From NCBI RefSeq assembly GCF_001194135.2, contig NC_068981.1, forward strand, positions 28,888,890-28,952,889: DNA of 64,000 nt, given 5' to 3'. A program made the translations under genes and the position numbers. The DNA is from Octopus bimaculoides (taxonomy: Eukaryota). Under the pieces are notes generated by a model. That model had not been told where the DNA came from. It worked only from the letters and a program-made list of their open reading frames with translations, and did not search any database. Positions 1-13,213 of this stretch are shown piece after piece (position 1 is the stretch's first letter; each line of letters begins with the position of its first letter).

Positions 1-90
1 TATATATATATATATATATATCCATACATGCATTCATACATACATACATATATACATACATACATACATACATACATACATAGATATATA
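1..90. repeat. (TA)n/(CATA)n compound microsatellite
   Basis: direct reading. Confidence 0.95.
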
Positions 91-619
91 TGTGCGTTCA
101 TCCATATATAATTGTATATATATGTATATTAAATTTTTGTCTATTGTAATTCATGTGGTGCTCACTGGACAACGAGAATAGAAACAATCCATATTCCGAA
201 GAAAAATACCATCCGAAGCGTCGTCGATATCTCTTTCCATTTCTCTAAACGTAAAATCCATTTTTATCACCAATTTATCTCGTTTTGTTCCTTTTTCTGT
301 TCTTTCTATTCATATATTTAAACATGCATGCATCCCTCCAGATATATTTGCGTATGTGTGTGTCAGTCCAAACATGCTAACACATACACACGCTGTTTCT
401 TTAGATTATGAACCAAAGCCTTTCCATTTTACGCGTAGAGAATTAGATAAATGCGAGATTCATGCATTGCCTGAGATAACTTTTTTTAAAAAACCGTAAA
501 TGAATACAGCAGAGAAACGAAATCTTAGTCTGAAACACATGATAGCGCATAGAAGACAAAACAACAATAACGCATTATTTATTTCTCTAAGCAGAAAGTG
601 GACCCTTCTAAAATTTTTA

Positions 620-664
<45 letters not shown>

Positions 665-2004
665 TTTCTTTTTGTTTTTTTTTTTTGTTGGTTTTTTTTT
701 TTCTTTGTGCAAATTACGGGTCAGAATAATTTTATCGATGACACACTGATCGACCTTCTATTCGCATTATATCCGTACAAATAATCCATGTCATAGTCAT
801 TTATTTCAGTTGTGGGTTCCGTACGAAGTATTCGAGTACAACGAAAGTATCATCTTAAATAGCGCTGATTGTATAAGAATCTTATCTTTCTGCAACAGTG
901 AATTTTTCTCGTACAACCTGGGAAATATAACATCGATTCAACAATCCCTACTTCGTCCTTCTTTCTATCTCTTTATAATTTCCCCTCAAGCTTGTTCGGA
1001 GAATAGACCGTTCACTCATCATTATGATTCACACATTTAGCAAGACTGCATAAATATCTGTTCCTTTATAGAGCTAAAGGTTGCAGCAGAATATCGATTT
1101 ATATTCGATCATGGTAAAACAGCCATAATCGTCACAGATATTAATCATCAATAAATCATAGTGTTGAATATGAAAACAAATTGTTCTTTACACCTACACA
1201 CATACTATATATACACAAACAGGCGCGCTCGCGCACACACATATGTGTGTGTGTGTGTGAGAGTATACATATGTATGTGTATATGTATATAATACATATA
1301 TTATGCATATATGTTTGTAACGTCACAAATATTGGTATGTGTATATGTGTATATTTATATATATGTATATATGTGTATACATATATGTATGTATGTATAT
1401 ATATATATATACATACATATATATATNNNNNNNNNNNNNNNNNNNNNNNNNNNNNNNNNNNNNNNNNNNNNNNNNNNNNNNNNNNNNNNNNNNNNNNNNN
1501 NNNNNNNNNNNNNNNNNNNNNNNNNNNNNNNNNNNNNNNNNNNNNNNNNNNNNNNNNNNNNNNNNNNNNNNNNNNNNNNNNNNNNNNNNNNNNNNNNNNN
1601 NNNNNNNNNNNNNNNNNNNNNNNNNNNNNNNNNNNNNNNNNNNNNNNNNNNNNNNNNNNNNNNNNNNNNNNNNNNNNNNNNNNNNNNNNNNNNNNNNNNN
1701 NNNNNNNNNNNNNNNNNNNNNNNNNNNNNNNNNNNNNNNNNNNNNNNNNNNNNNNNNNNNNNNNNNNNNNNNNNNNNNNNNNNNNNNNNNNNNNNNNNNN
1801 NNNNNNNNNNNNNNNNNNNNNNNNNNNNNNNNNNNNNNNNNNNNNNNNNNNNNNNNNNNNNNNNNNNNNNNNNNNNNNNNNNNNNNNNNNNNNNNNNNNN
1901 NNNNNNNNNNNNNNNNNNNNNNNNNATATATATGTACGTACGTATGTATCTATGTATAGATATGTGTATATATGAGCATATAACAAGTATAATGTCTCTA
2001 TATG

Positions 2005-2110
2005 TCTTGTACGAATTTCCTCCTGCCCAGACTTACTCACAAGGCTTGAGGCAACCTGCCGCTATGTTACGACTTGGATACCCGTGATGCCACAAACGGA
2101 CATCGCGCCT
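2005..2110 (-). mobile_element. degraded SINE family A fragment
   Basis: ctcacaaggctt...gctat...gatgccac resembles the better preserved copy at 8490-8580. Confidence 0.4.
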
Positions 2111-3654
2111 AATACATTATGATTATCAAGTGTGCATCTTACTCACTTCAAGTGTGCGTTCATATTAGTATGTAGATTTGCGCATGCATTCACACATACA
2201 TTCACACCCACGAGCACAAAATCACCACATATGTGTATGGGAACTGCTATATTAAAATATGTTTAAGTTGTTATCGGAACGTAGGCAATGCATATATAGC
2301 TCACGAGATTAAAATAATCGTTTCGTGCATAATACCACAGCACATTGAGTTTTATTTCATTAAGAGCCTCATCAGTTCTGTTCATTGGGGATTGACCATA
2401 CTGGACTACCACCTAAGTTATCTCTATAACTGAGCGTTGGTTTTCTTGAATGAAGAATTCTGAAATGGATACGCTTGTTTGATACGCTCCACTGTACATC
2501 TTGCTGCGATGTATTTTCATCTGGGTTTAGAAGCAGAACGATTCCAGAGTTCATTCTTTAATGTGCTGATAGCGACCTATCAACCATACAGCTTTTAAGT
2601 AATTTGATGGAAGACATGTTACTACATGAAGTACAATGTGATTCAGTTCATAGACCATATACAAAACTTAGCTGTGGTACCTGTTTCTGATCTTTGCATA
2701 AATTTCAATAGCAAGATTTATACATGTATAAATACATATTTATGAGTGTGCATGTATATACCAATATTTGTACATACATATAATATAAATTTATTCAAAG
2801 TCATGTGTGTTATGCATATGCATATATGTTTGTGCCTGAGGTGATTGAAGTAGGTACAGGATTAAGAAATTTCAGTAACAATAAGTCTGAACTTATCAGG
2901 CTCATTTTGTATTGACCGCACAAAACGGGATCAAATATGAAGCAAGGAACACACTTTAGTTTTTAGCACAATATAGTATAATGTCGGTTTTAAAAACTCA
3001 TCTCTACAACCTAATAATATTACATATAATAATGTTACAAATAGAAAGACTACATTTGACATTAAGTCATGGTTATGAAATTTAAATAGCCTACTAAAAA
3101 TTCACTCTTTGCTACTGAAAATTACGTAAGATGGTATAACTGAATATCGTATAAAATATCTCTCACATTTTGTTTTAATTTCTGCAAATACTCCATAGAA
3201 AGAAAAAAACGAAATTCTGGATGCATATCAAACGTTAAGGCTATGATAATAAGAACAGGAATCCAGTGTTCTTAATAGTCACTACTTGTCTCGTAATACA
3301 AACTTTAGATGTTATTATATGAATATATACATATATATATATATATACTGGGTTTTCGTGCTAAATTTGACGATTCTTTATGTCTCATTTTTCCAGGAAC
3401 AATTTATTGTATTGGTGAACATTCAATGGCGTTGAAGTGTATAAAGATTTAAAGTTGCACTCGAGAATATGTTAGCGGACATGGAAGACGGGATGCCATC
3501 TGAATGTCGGGTATCAAAAAGCTGATATCATGACTGTTTCTCAATATTCTGTGAACACTGTAAAGCTGTAAGATATATCATGCGCGGCTACAACGGAGAG
3601 TCTTTGTTTTTAAAAAAACCGAGGCTGTGAAGATTTTAGAACGTTTATAAATAG

Positions 3655-3705
3655 GGCTTACAGCTGTTTCCAGGATATCTATTATATCCCTTCATCGGTG
3701 ACGGT
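3655..3705 (-). ncRNA. degenerate type I hammerhead ribozyme core (Penelope-LTR-like repeat, ~3655-3960)
   Basis: minus strand CCGATGA-agggatat-aatag-atatcctg-GAAAC-agct-GTA; 7-bp helix II, palindromic helix III ACAGCTGT, GUA triplet; U4>C change and broken helix I. Confidence 0.55.
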
Positions 3706-4033
3706 GTAAGAACATGTTTAAGCAATGGTTAATTTAGATACGATACGAAATAGAGAGTGAAGTGGAGGAATGAAAGAGATATGAGATATTTAGGGATATT
3801 GCATTTGTAGATCCATTATTTAGGCAGAGCAGGAGTTCTGTATGCGTCGACACGCCAGCATTTGTCTCCATATCTTTGATCGGGGCCTAAGAGTAATTTC
3901 AGACGGGTATATGAAATTTCTGGAGAATCTAGTCAATTCCTGGCTGTTATCTCCCGCCCATTATATAGTTTTTATTATTTGATAGGTTATGTTCTTTTAT
4001 GAAACTGTCATATTTAGCCAGAACACTTCATAC

Positions 4034-4034
<1 letters not shown>

Positions 4035-4121
<87 letters not shown>

Positions 4122-4191
4122 GGGTACATAGATAGACACACATATAGACAGGCAGACAGACAGACAGACAGACAGACAGATAGATAGATAT

Positions 4192-4240
<49 letters not shown>
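4035..4240. repeat. compound (CATA)n(TA)n(GA)n(GACA)n(GATA)n microsatellite
   Basis: direct reading. Confidence 0.95.
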
Positions 4241-4241
<1 letters not shown>

Positions 4242-5075
4242 TTCGTTAACTACGCAGGACCAAACACAGAGTGGACAATACAATATAGAGTCTTTGGTTT
4301 TGAAACCGATCAATAGGGATCGAAAGATGTCTTGGGGCGTGTACACAAGTAGACAACAAAGTGTCATTTTTAACAATTTAAATTCCCAAAAGGGGGACAA
4401 ATTACAACACTGACTAGAGCTATCCGTAGAGAAAAAAAAATACGAAAAAACCACGATGAACCTCGGAAAAAGGGAAAACAATATGAGAGTATATTGCTCT
4501 CTCTCTCTTTTTGTTTTATAGGTTCATGCTCAAAGTGGTTCCGTTATTCATGCATATCATCTTTGCTGCATTCACCCACCTTTTATTTTTATTAAACTTG
4601 TCATTAAGCAAAACTTCCCTCTCTACTTTTACCTTCCTTTTCAAGTGATACTCGAAAAATTGATGAGAGGTTGGCCAGAGAGGAAAGTATTTGTCTCTAA
4701 GCCTTTCAATCGAGTCCACCATACACATTCTTTCACCATAACCACCAGTACGATGAAAACTGCCTTGCTTTCCTGGTTAAAGGAATGTGGCCGGGCAATA
4801 TTGACGATAGACTCAGCTGACAACCGTGTCTATAGACCTTATCTCGAACGGGCAATGCTTCCCGATAGCACTGTCAGGCCAGGGATCTCTGGAAATTGTC
4901 CATAGATCCTGGCCCGAAAGTGATCTTGAAGAGGCGAGTCAGGTATTCCGCGTCAACGCTCGAGTCTCCCCAAGAACATTATCGCACCTCCCCTCCACTA
5001 ATCCACTATAGAACGCCTTTGTGGAATTGAAGTTGCACAAGTTTGAACCCGGATGGCAGAGTTGCCCGAGAGCAT
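4241..5075 (-). mobile_element. 5'-truncated, internally deleted Tx1/L1-clade LINE (ORF2 C-terminus + 3' UTR)
   Basis: frameshifted minus translation ...STKAFYSGLVEGRCDNVLGET/VDAEYLTRLFKITFGPGSMDNFQRSLA*QCYREALPVRDKVYRHG//LSAESIVNIARP...AVFIVLVVMVKECVWWTRLKGL...FEYHLKRKVKVEREVL...RWVNAAKM matches Tx1-type ORF2 C-terminus; homologous to the copy at 14108-14512; UTR ends in gaaatc then (TATC)n. Confidence 0.8.
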
Positions 5076-5105
5076 GATGATAGATAGATAGATAGATAGA
5101 TAGAC

Positions 5106-5152
<47 letters not shown>
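5076..5152. repeat. (GATA)n microsatellite
   Basis: direct reading. Confidence 0.95.
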
Positions 5153-6289
5153 ATTGCCTTCAATTTTCATCTTACATTTTTTGTCATAGAGCTCTTAATT
5201 CGTTACTTCGTTCTTAGTCATGAATTGAAGCACTTATGTTAATGTGTCTCTTTTATATCATGCGACATAAATATCAAATGTAATATGTGTACGTGAATGT
5301 GTGTGTGTATACACATCTGCTTAAATAAACGACAAAAATGTCATTTAGTAAATGTTTCACTGAGTTGTTCGAAAGACTTTTCCCAGTTTAATAGTTAACC
5401 TAGAATCATTAATATACCTCCTATTGCCAGTGACCCAACAAGTTGCTAGTAAGAGTGAACTCCTTAATCCAAACTTGGTTCGAAAACTTTTCACTGATAT
5501 ATCTTAGCTGTTGTCATGCATAGATGAAAATACGGTATTCAAAATATGTTATTTTCTCGGCCAGTTGTTGTATACAAAAGCAATATTCCTCAACGGGAAG
5601 CGTTTATATAAGTGTACGTGGAATGGGATGTGCAGTTGTGCCATAACAGAAATGGTTTTACTTCTATAGCGTCAGCAGCAAAATTATTCTAAACTTTGCT
5701 TCCATTATAATACGCTACTCTCAGAATAACCTATGATTTAGCATACTCTAAATGTCAGCGCCAAATTCACGGATCATTATTAAGGCCAGCGTTTGAGGCA
5801 ATCTCAGTAAACTTCGAAGTGGTGCCAGCGATTAAAGAAAATATATTATATATGTGTGTATAAAAATATATCAAAAGGGTTTAAGATGTTTATATTAAAC
5901 ATTGGTACTAGTTTACCTTGAAAAGAAAAAAAGAAACAAAAAATGTAAAGGAAAACAAAACAGAAAATGAAAATATCTATGCTGTTAAGTATGATAAGCC
6001 ACAAAGTGTTTTGATATGAATTAGGGATAGATTACTAGATAAATAACAAGAAAATATCAGTCATAGAATGAAAGTCTGTGAATCTGTAGGTCGTAACGTT
6101 TGTGGAAGCAGTCTACGAGCAGCGTCCTGTCTCTTGAAATGTTATAGTAGTACATGTCATTCATAACATCAGGTTCAACATATCGAATTTAATAGGTAGC
6201 TCATTAATATGAGGAAGGAATTATAATAATATGCGGAAGAAGACGGCATTTAAATAATAAAAAAATTTCGTGGGATGGGCTACAGTGTA

Positions 6290-6470
6290 AAATGCTTTGA
6301 TTTTTTCCAAGTTTGTTATAGCATTTTCTCCGTTTTCTTCCTCTGTTTAAACGAACTTTCCTACCTTTTCGGACAAAACCTTTTGTAACCTTCGTCCTGT
6401 CTTTGTTCTTATATGTTTTTAATTGATATTAGCCCTTGTGGCCAATAAAATGAATTATTTATTATTTACA
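6290..6470 (+). mobile_element. probable LINE 3' UTR fragment
   Basis: ends agcccttgtggccaataaaatgaattatttatt, similar to the terminus of the Tx1 copy at 14470-14512 (agccttagtggcccataagcaaagtattatt). Confidence 0.4.
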
Positions 6471-6521
6471 TATAAATATGAAAACATATACAGATGAACC
6501 CGTAAGCACAGGGATACATGA

Positions 6522-6552
<31 letters not shown>

Positions 6553-7094
6553 CATGTCTGCTTGTATGTGTGAGCTCGTGTTTGTGTAAATCAAGTGTGA
6601 AGATAAATTTTTGATTCTCTTCAAGTCATGCTTCTACGTATTTTGCTAACATGTACGTATGTATGTGACACGAAGAAAAGTTGATCTAACTTCATGCGTA
6701 CTGTAAACCTTATAGTGGCTCTAACCTTTACTCCAAAGTGACACAACAACCTGAACTATCTATGTTAGAATTCTGAAACTAGGGTTCTATAATTCCTAGA
6801 TAAACAGGAAGGTAGTTAGATATACAAATAGATATATAAACTGTCAAATAAAAGAAATGTAGCAAAAACTGGAAAAAAAAAATACTGGGCCATTTTGAAA
6901 TTTTTGAAAGAAAATATTAAGATAGCGATTTTGGGAAAGTGCAGAATAATATAATTAATTCATAGATACCTTGTTACATTTACATTTCTATGTTTTTACT
7001 TTTTATGGGGTTGTATGTAGCATATATTGTTTACACTACTATGTATGTGCTGTGTGCGTGTGTATTTGTATGCGCGTGAGTATGTGTGTGTGTA

Positions 7095-7135
<41 letters not shown>

Positions 7136-7426
7136 TTGTGTGTGTGCATTTATACTATAGCTCAAATGGTTGAAGTTTTTCTAATACAAAACATATATAA
7201 ATTATTTACATGTACTACGTAAGATAGAAGAGGTAGAGAGTGAATGAGCTTATGTATTTAAAAGTGTGTTTTTGTTCCTGGGCGTGGTGATGCATGTTTG
7301 TAGGTTCGTATCTCTGTATTTGCATGTATTAATACCCACGAAGTGTCACAATGTACTTTGTATTCGTATTCATTTAAGCACATATTTATATATTCATGTG
7401 CATGCATATACATATAGACATACACA

Positions 7427-7484
<58 letters not shown>

Positions 7485-7998
7485 CATATATATGGATGAA
7501 TGCTTTATAACAGTTACTATTCTAATTATTTATTTTCTCCTTCCGTCCTGGAGTTCTCCGTTGGCGACTGGCGTCAGAAACGCATCCGGCCGAAAATCAT
7601 TTTTCTCGATCTAGAACGAAGATGGAAAAATATAAAACAAGACCGAAAACTGATGCTCTTTTATATTCGCTTTCTGTTTTTGTTTGTTTTTTTTCCCTCT
7701 TATTTTCAGTCTCTCTTCTTAACATTTCCATATTTTTCACTCCCCATAACTTTCAATCCGTTTCTTTTTCTGTCCTCTTCTTCTCTCTCATGCGCACTTT
7801 CTCCGTTTCTTTCTGTCGCTTTGTAACGAAGAATATGTAACTAAAATTCATGCCAGTTATTATATATTCTCACTACTTTCCTTTCACTTGCTATTTTGTC
7901 ATTTACTTCCTCCGTTCACTTTTTCTATTTTCTATTTTCAGTTCTATCAGCCCCCACCACCTTCTCTTTTTCTGTCTCTCTGCCTGTCTGTCTGTATT

Positions 7999-8038
<40 letters not shown>

Positions 8039-8107
8039 TCTCTCTATCTATCTATCTATCTATCTACCTATCTCGTTCTTTATCCCTTGTATACTTATGC
8101 ATTCTAA

Positions 8108-8144
<37 letters not shown>

Positions 8145-8194
8145 CATATATTTATACTCTCGCAACACACACACATATATGTATACAGACATAC

Positions 8195-8625
8195 TCTTTT
8201 ACTCTTTTACTTGTTTCAGTTATTTTGACTGTGGCTATGCTGGAGCACCACCTTTAGTCCAGCAAATCGACCCCAGGACTTATTCTTTGTAAGACTAGTA
8301 TTTATTCTATCGGTCTCATTTGCCGAACTGCTAAGTTACGGGGCCGTAAACACACCAGCATCGGTTGTCAAGCGATGTTGGAAGGGGGACAAACACAGAC
8401 ACGTAAACATACACACACACACACACACATATACATATATATATACATATATATGCATATATACGACGGGCTTCTTTTAGTTTCCGTCTACCAAATCTGC
8501 TTACAAGACTTTGGTCGGCCCGAGGCTATATTAGAAGACGCTTGCCCAAGGTGCCATGCAGTGGGTCTGAACCCAGAACTATGTGGTTCGTAAGCGAGCT
8601 ACTTACCACACAGCCACTCTTACGT
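8195..8625 (-). mobile_element. tRNA-derived SINE family A (octopus OR-type, CORE-like), full composite copy
   Basis: minus head gagtggctgtgtggtaagtagctcgcttacgaaccacatagttctgggttcagaccc (A/B-box-like), CORE-like ggcaccttgggcaagcgtc, internal (TA/TG)n tract ~8405-8465, tail ending (TAAAAGAG)n; matches 44140-44362 and 63746-63903. Confidence 0.85.
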
Positions 8626-8643
8626 CTATATACATATATACGT

Positions 8644-8730
<87 letters not shown>

Positions 8731-9054
8731 AATATATCAGTTTATCATAACTGGTGTTAACTATTGAAATAGTAAGTTTGCCAGACGGAACGGCAGCAGA
8801 TATACAGCGACACGTTTTTCTTTTTCTGTATTTTGATTTTTTAAGGATACAGCAGCTTTCATCAAGCATATTATCGGCCAAGTTTCTTCAGCCGTGACCA
8901 TCTCTCATTTTTTAAGATGCAGAGAGTGAACGATTTCATTTACCAATGTGTGCCCACCAACATTTTAAGTTATCAAGGTGTAATCTGAAGTAAATATAGT
9001 TGCTATTTCTGACAGATTATATCCGCACACAAATAACAGCCGCAGACTAATGCT

Positions 9055-9170
9055 TACGGTGTTGAACTCACAATCGCGAGATAATGGCTTCGATTCCCGA
9101 GCTAGGCAGTGCCTTGTGTTCTTAAGAAAACTGCTTCATTTCACGTTGCTTCGGTCCGTTTGAATGTAAA
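9055..9170 (+). mobile_element. SINE family D head/CORE-like fragment
   Basis: ttcgattcccg B-box-like, ttgtgttcttaagaaaactgcttcatttcacgttgct resembles 35550-35600 and the reverse complement of 23750-23860. Confidence 0.5.
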
Positions 9171-9357
9171 TAATTAACCCTTCGACCGAGTTGCGTCCAT
9201 GAATGTTCCGATTTCGCTTAATTATACGCCATATTTTTCTGAAAACATTTTGATTTTTGCTCAAAACTTTGTCAAGTTTTGGTTGCTTCTTGTTGAGTAG
9301 GAATGTATGATATTTTTTTTAGACATAGCTGTTAGTATGATGGCTCTGTACTATGTG

Positions 9358-9407
9358 AAACCCAAATCTTTGTAAACCCCAAATCTTTGTAAAACCCAAA
9401 TCTTTGG
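9358..9407. repeat. 3 x 16-17 bp tandem repeat (aaacccaaatctttgt)
   Basis: direct reading. Confidence 0.9.
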
Positions 9408-9448
9408 AAATGGTTGTATACAGCCTTCTGTCCATTTGTCAATATTAC

Positions 9449-10251
9449 CTCCATTATAGACTATTTCAGAAGGTTGAGAGAATATCTCCAGTCCGGCAGC
9501 TCTTATTTTGCTTCTTTTTTTTTGTATCATTTCAAGAACAGCCCTAAGCATATCTGCTAGAACGCAGCCCGGTAAGAAATTGTAGGAGACATCCTGCCTG
9601 TTTTCACCAGTATAAGGGAAAGACGCTTGCACTTTGAGGGGACATTGTTGGCGAAGTAAACAAGAACGGACAAGAGATCTACTGCTATGGACACTTAAGC
9701 ATGGTCGTAATGGAGCAGGCCATCTGCACACCACGTATTTAGGTTAACTTCCCGAATTTCCCTGAACTAATGCTGGACTAAGATGAATGCTGTGCACAGG
9801 TTAAAAATGTCCAAAGAAACTAGACATGATGATGATGATGATGATACGTCCATTATAGACTATTTCAGAAGCTTGAGAGAATATCTCCAGTCCGGCAGCT
9901 CTTATTTTGCTTCTTTTTTTTTTGGTATCTTTTCAAGAACAGCCATAAGCATATCTGCTAGAACGCAGCCCGGTAAGAAATTGTAGGAGACATCCTGCCT
10001 GTTTTCACCATTATAAGGGAAAGACGCTTGCACTTTGAGGGGGCATTGCTGGCGAAGTAAACAAGAACGGACAAGAGATCTACTGCTATGGACACTTAAG
10101 CATGGTTGTAATGGAGCAGGCCATCTGCACACCACGTATTTAGGTTAACTTCCCGAATTTCCCTGAACTAATGCGGGACTAAGATGAATGCTGTGCACAG
10201 GTTAAAAATGTCCAAGGAAACTAGACATGATGATGATGATGGTGATACGTC
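9449..10251. repeat. two-copy ~400-bp tandem duplication
   Basis: ccattatagactatttcagaag starts at 9451 and 9850; units nearly identical through gatgatacgtc, with scattered substitutions. Confidence 0.95.
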
Positions 10252-11034
10252 ATTTAAACCTTCCGTGCGAATCGTAGGACTGGAAACAGTAATATTCAAA
10301 GTTGAGACGGAAAACAAAACAAATTACATAGTGCCGAATGGAGACAGTTTCGGGTGCTTCAGATAAGAGTTTGGTAATAGGTGGGAAGTACTACGAGTGT
10401 ATGCGTTGTCCTGTTTAGGAATAGCAAGGCTGCTACCAAAAGTGCAGCCCTTCATGACTCCCCCCGAAATACACACACAGAAACGTGCAAGTACGCTCAT
10501 ACTTCGAAACAGCCATCACCCATCGAACATGTACGGTTTCGTAATATGTTCTCTAAATGTTTTAGATGCCTCTGTAGTCGCGTGAAGATATAGATACACT
10601 CCCACGTTTTGATACAGTGACACATGAGGACGTGATAGTTTGAATGAGAGAGAACTAAGCCAACACTTGGCTTAAATATCAAAGCAAATTGACTGATGTA
10701 CATGTGATTAGTAAGCTGTTATTAATACAATTTGATGCAGATAAATTGAGCGCTAATATCATGTATCGTTTAAGACGTCTCATATAGTGGAAGATACATT
10801 TACTAAATATATGTCAAAACAAATGTGACAGTACTAGAGTTTTTTTTGTTCTACAATACTTGATCAAATTCATTCCAAATATTCGACCTTTTAAAAGGAT
10901 AGCTGTGTTCACAGATTCTGTATCAGAAGTAGATACATAAGTACATATGTCACACACAAACACACACACACACGTTTCGAAACTGGTGAAAGCTGAAATC
11001 AGAACCACTGCCATTCCTACATACAAACAAATAT

Positions 11035-11151
<117 letters not shown>

Positions 11152-11945
11152 CATATATATATATATATACATACATATGCATATGTATGTTTATATATAC
11201 ACGTATGCATACACACATACATACATACATATATACATGCATATATGCATAGAAACATACAGACATACATAAAGGAGTTGCAGAGCAACTGATGTCCGAG
11301 GCATCTTGAATCACAAGCCATGATAATAACATTTAGTTACTAAAAACATATGTATATATTCACATATATACGTGTGGGTGTATACGCTTGTGTGCGTATG
11401 TACGCGCGCTTCTGAAATAGCTCATGTCATTTTCTTGATAATTCTTTGCATTCAGATTGTTGGCATTCCTCACTAATTTCGGTAATCTTAAATTCTTTAA
11501 TTACATACTTATTTTTAAGGCATAGTTTTACTTAATTGTCCCACATTCGGATAAATTAATTATTTAGAAATGATTTAGATTTCGTTACTATAACAGAAAA
11601 CATATTTTCATTGTTTATAATATAATTACTTCCACTAATAGCCATTCCAGATTTGCATTTACCCACCGCACTTCCTGTAGACAAACCAAAATCTTGTGAG
11701 TAGCACCCTTAGAAAAAATTATCCAAGGAGATTTCCTTATCCCAAATAGTTTATGGTTATTGCACATATCACACCCAATTTCAGTCAGTAAGTATGAAAG
11801 ACTGTTTTCTTCTTCGTTTTGATTAATTTCTAAAAGTTTATTAACAGTTATAGATGTCGGGACCTATTTCCTATAAACATTAAGATGGTATACTTCCTTT
11901 AGCAGACACATAGAATCATATGCACAGACACACACTTCTCTCTTA

Positions 11946-11949
<4 letters not shown>

Positions 11950-12000
<51 letters not shown>
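11950..12000. repeat. (CT)n microsatellite
   Basis: direct reading. Confidence 0.95.
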
Positions 12001-12001
<1 letters not shown>

Positions 12002-12221
12002 TCTCTCACACACGTATCCAAAAACACTCTCACTCAATTTCCCTTGCTCCTAAGCTCGCAGTCCTTCAAAACATTCACTCAAAAACTAATTTGTTTTTCT
12101 ATTCATAGATTTTATTTCATTCATTTTTAGTGTAAATATTTCTCTGAAACTGTCTTTCGACATTCTTCACTCTCTCACTAATTCACACTTAACCTTTGAC
12201 AATTTGTTCAATATATTAACT

Positions 12222-12304
12222 ATGGCAAGCTTATCTAACCATAACACACGTAATGCTAGGTTGGCGCCTCAGTCTACTCGTTTCTCGGAAAAGCTGAGCA
12301 AAAG
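12222..12304 (+). CDS. weak candidate first coding exon MASLSNHNTRNARLAPQSTRFSEKLSK(R)
   Basis: ATG in actATGG context, 27 open codons + AG then gtgaat donor-like site, in non-repetitive sequence; no homology recognised. Confidence 0.15.
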
Positions 12305-13213
12305 GTGAATAAAGTAAGCGTAAACATGTAGTTGATTGACTAATCTGAACTTGCAACTATAACGAAAACAAATAATACCCCAGGACTGATTTTTTTTTCT
12401 CTAAAACACAGCTTTGATATACCTATCACCACCTCGATGCCATCAGAATGCTTGGTCATTGAGTAAGCAAGGAATCATTGTACATCGTTCTGTTGTATTT
12501 AAAACTCTACATCTTGATTCCCTTGCTACTTTAGATAGCTGCAATGTATGTCGATACTCAGTTAACTACGATTAAAACAATTATATTTTTGTCTTATCTC
12601 TGGCACATCTCAGATAGTTTTGTAGGTGAACGATGTTTGCAATACACCATTCCTTAAATTCGAATACACACACAAACATTATTGAATTGGTAGTTTTGTC
12701 CTTCATACCAACACTTTGTAATGAAAACGGATTAAAAAAATTGTATAACGCGAACCAAACACGGAATACGGCAGCGACCTGACTGCAACCCCTCGGATAT
12801 GGCTAACCAAACTGACAAAAAGATTACAAAAACATTCCAGATAAAATACTTTTATTCTTATAAGAACATGTTTACTATATATAGATGATTATCAGATATA
12901 TAAAATCATTTTAAAAAGGCAAATATATATAGAACATTATAAACTTGTAAAGTTGCAGAAAATATATATATATAATCAATCCAAACATGATCAAGCAAGA
13001 AAAAAGCAGGAAAAAAAAAAGAAACAACGCTAGTACGTGGAATAGACAAAACACGAAAAAACAACGTGAAATGGAGATGTGTAACAATAAGAAATTCAAA
13101 AATTAAAATTGAAAACTTATTAGAAACGTATTAGCATAGTAGCATATTATATTATATTCTTATAATAATACAATATAATACAATATAATAAGTAATAAAA
13201 ATTAAATGTAAAT

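Noticed and set aside
810-1040. 76-codon ORF after a tttatttcag acceptor-like site
   Set aside because: Non-ATG start, no convincing donor, no recognisable homology
2345-2378. Minus-strand CTGATGA...GAAA spacing (similar partial cases at 35121 and 35807)
   Set aside because: Helices II and I do not pair convincingly; consistent with chance
6060-6190. Short open frames on both strands (VCESVGRNVCGSS...; YVEPDVMNDMYYYNISRD...)
   Set aside because: Bounded by stops, no splice signals, no recognisable motif
9351-9734. 127-aa minus ORF in the tandem duplication as a gene
   Set aside because: The paralogous unit is truncated by a poly-T length change, and there is no domain match or splice context
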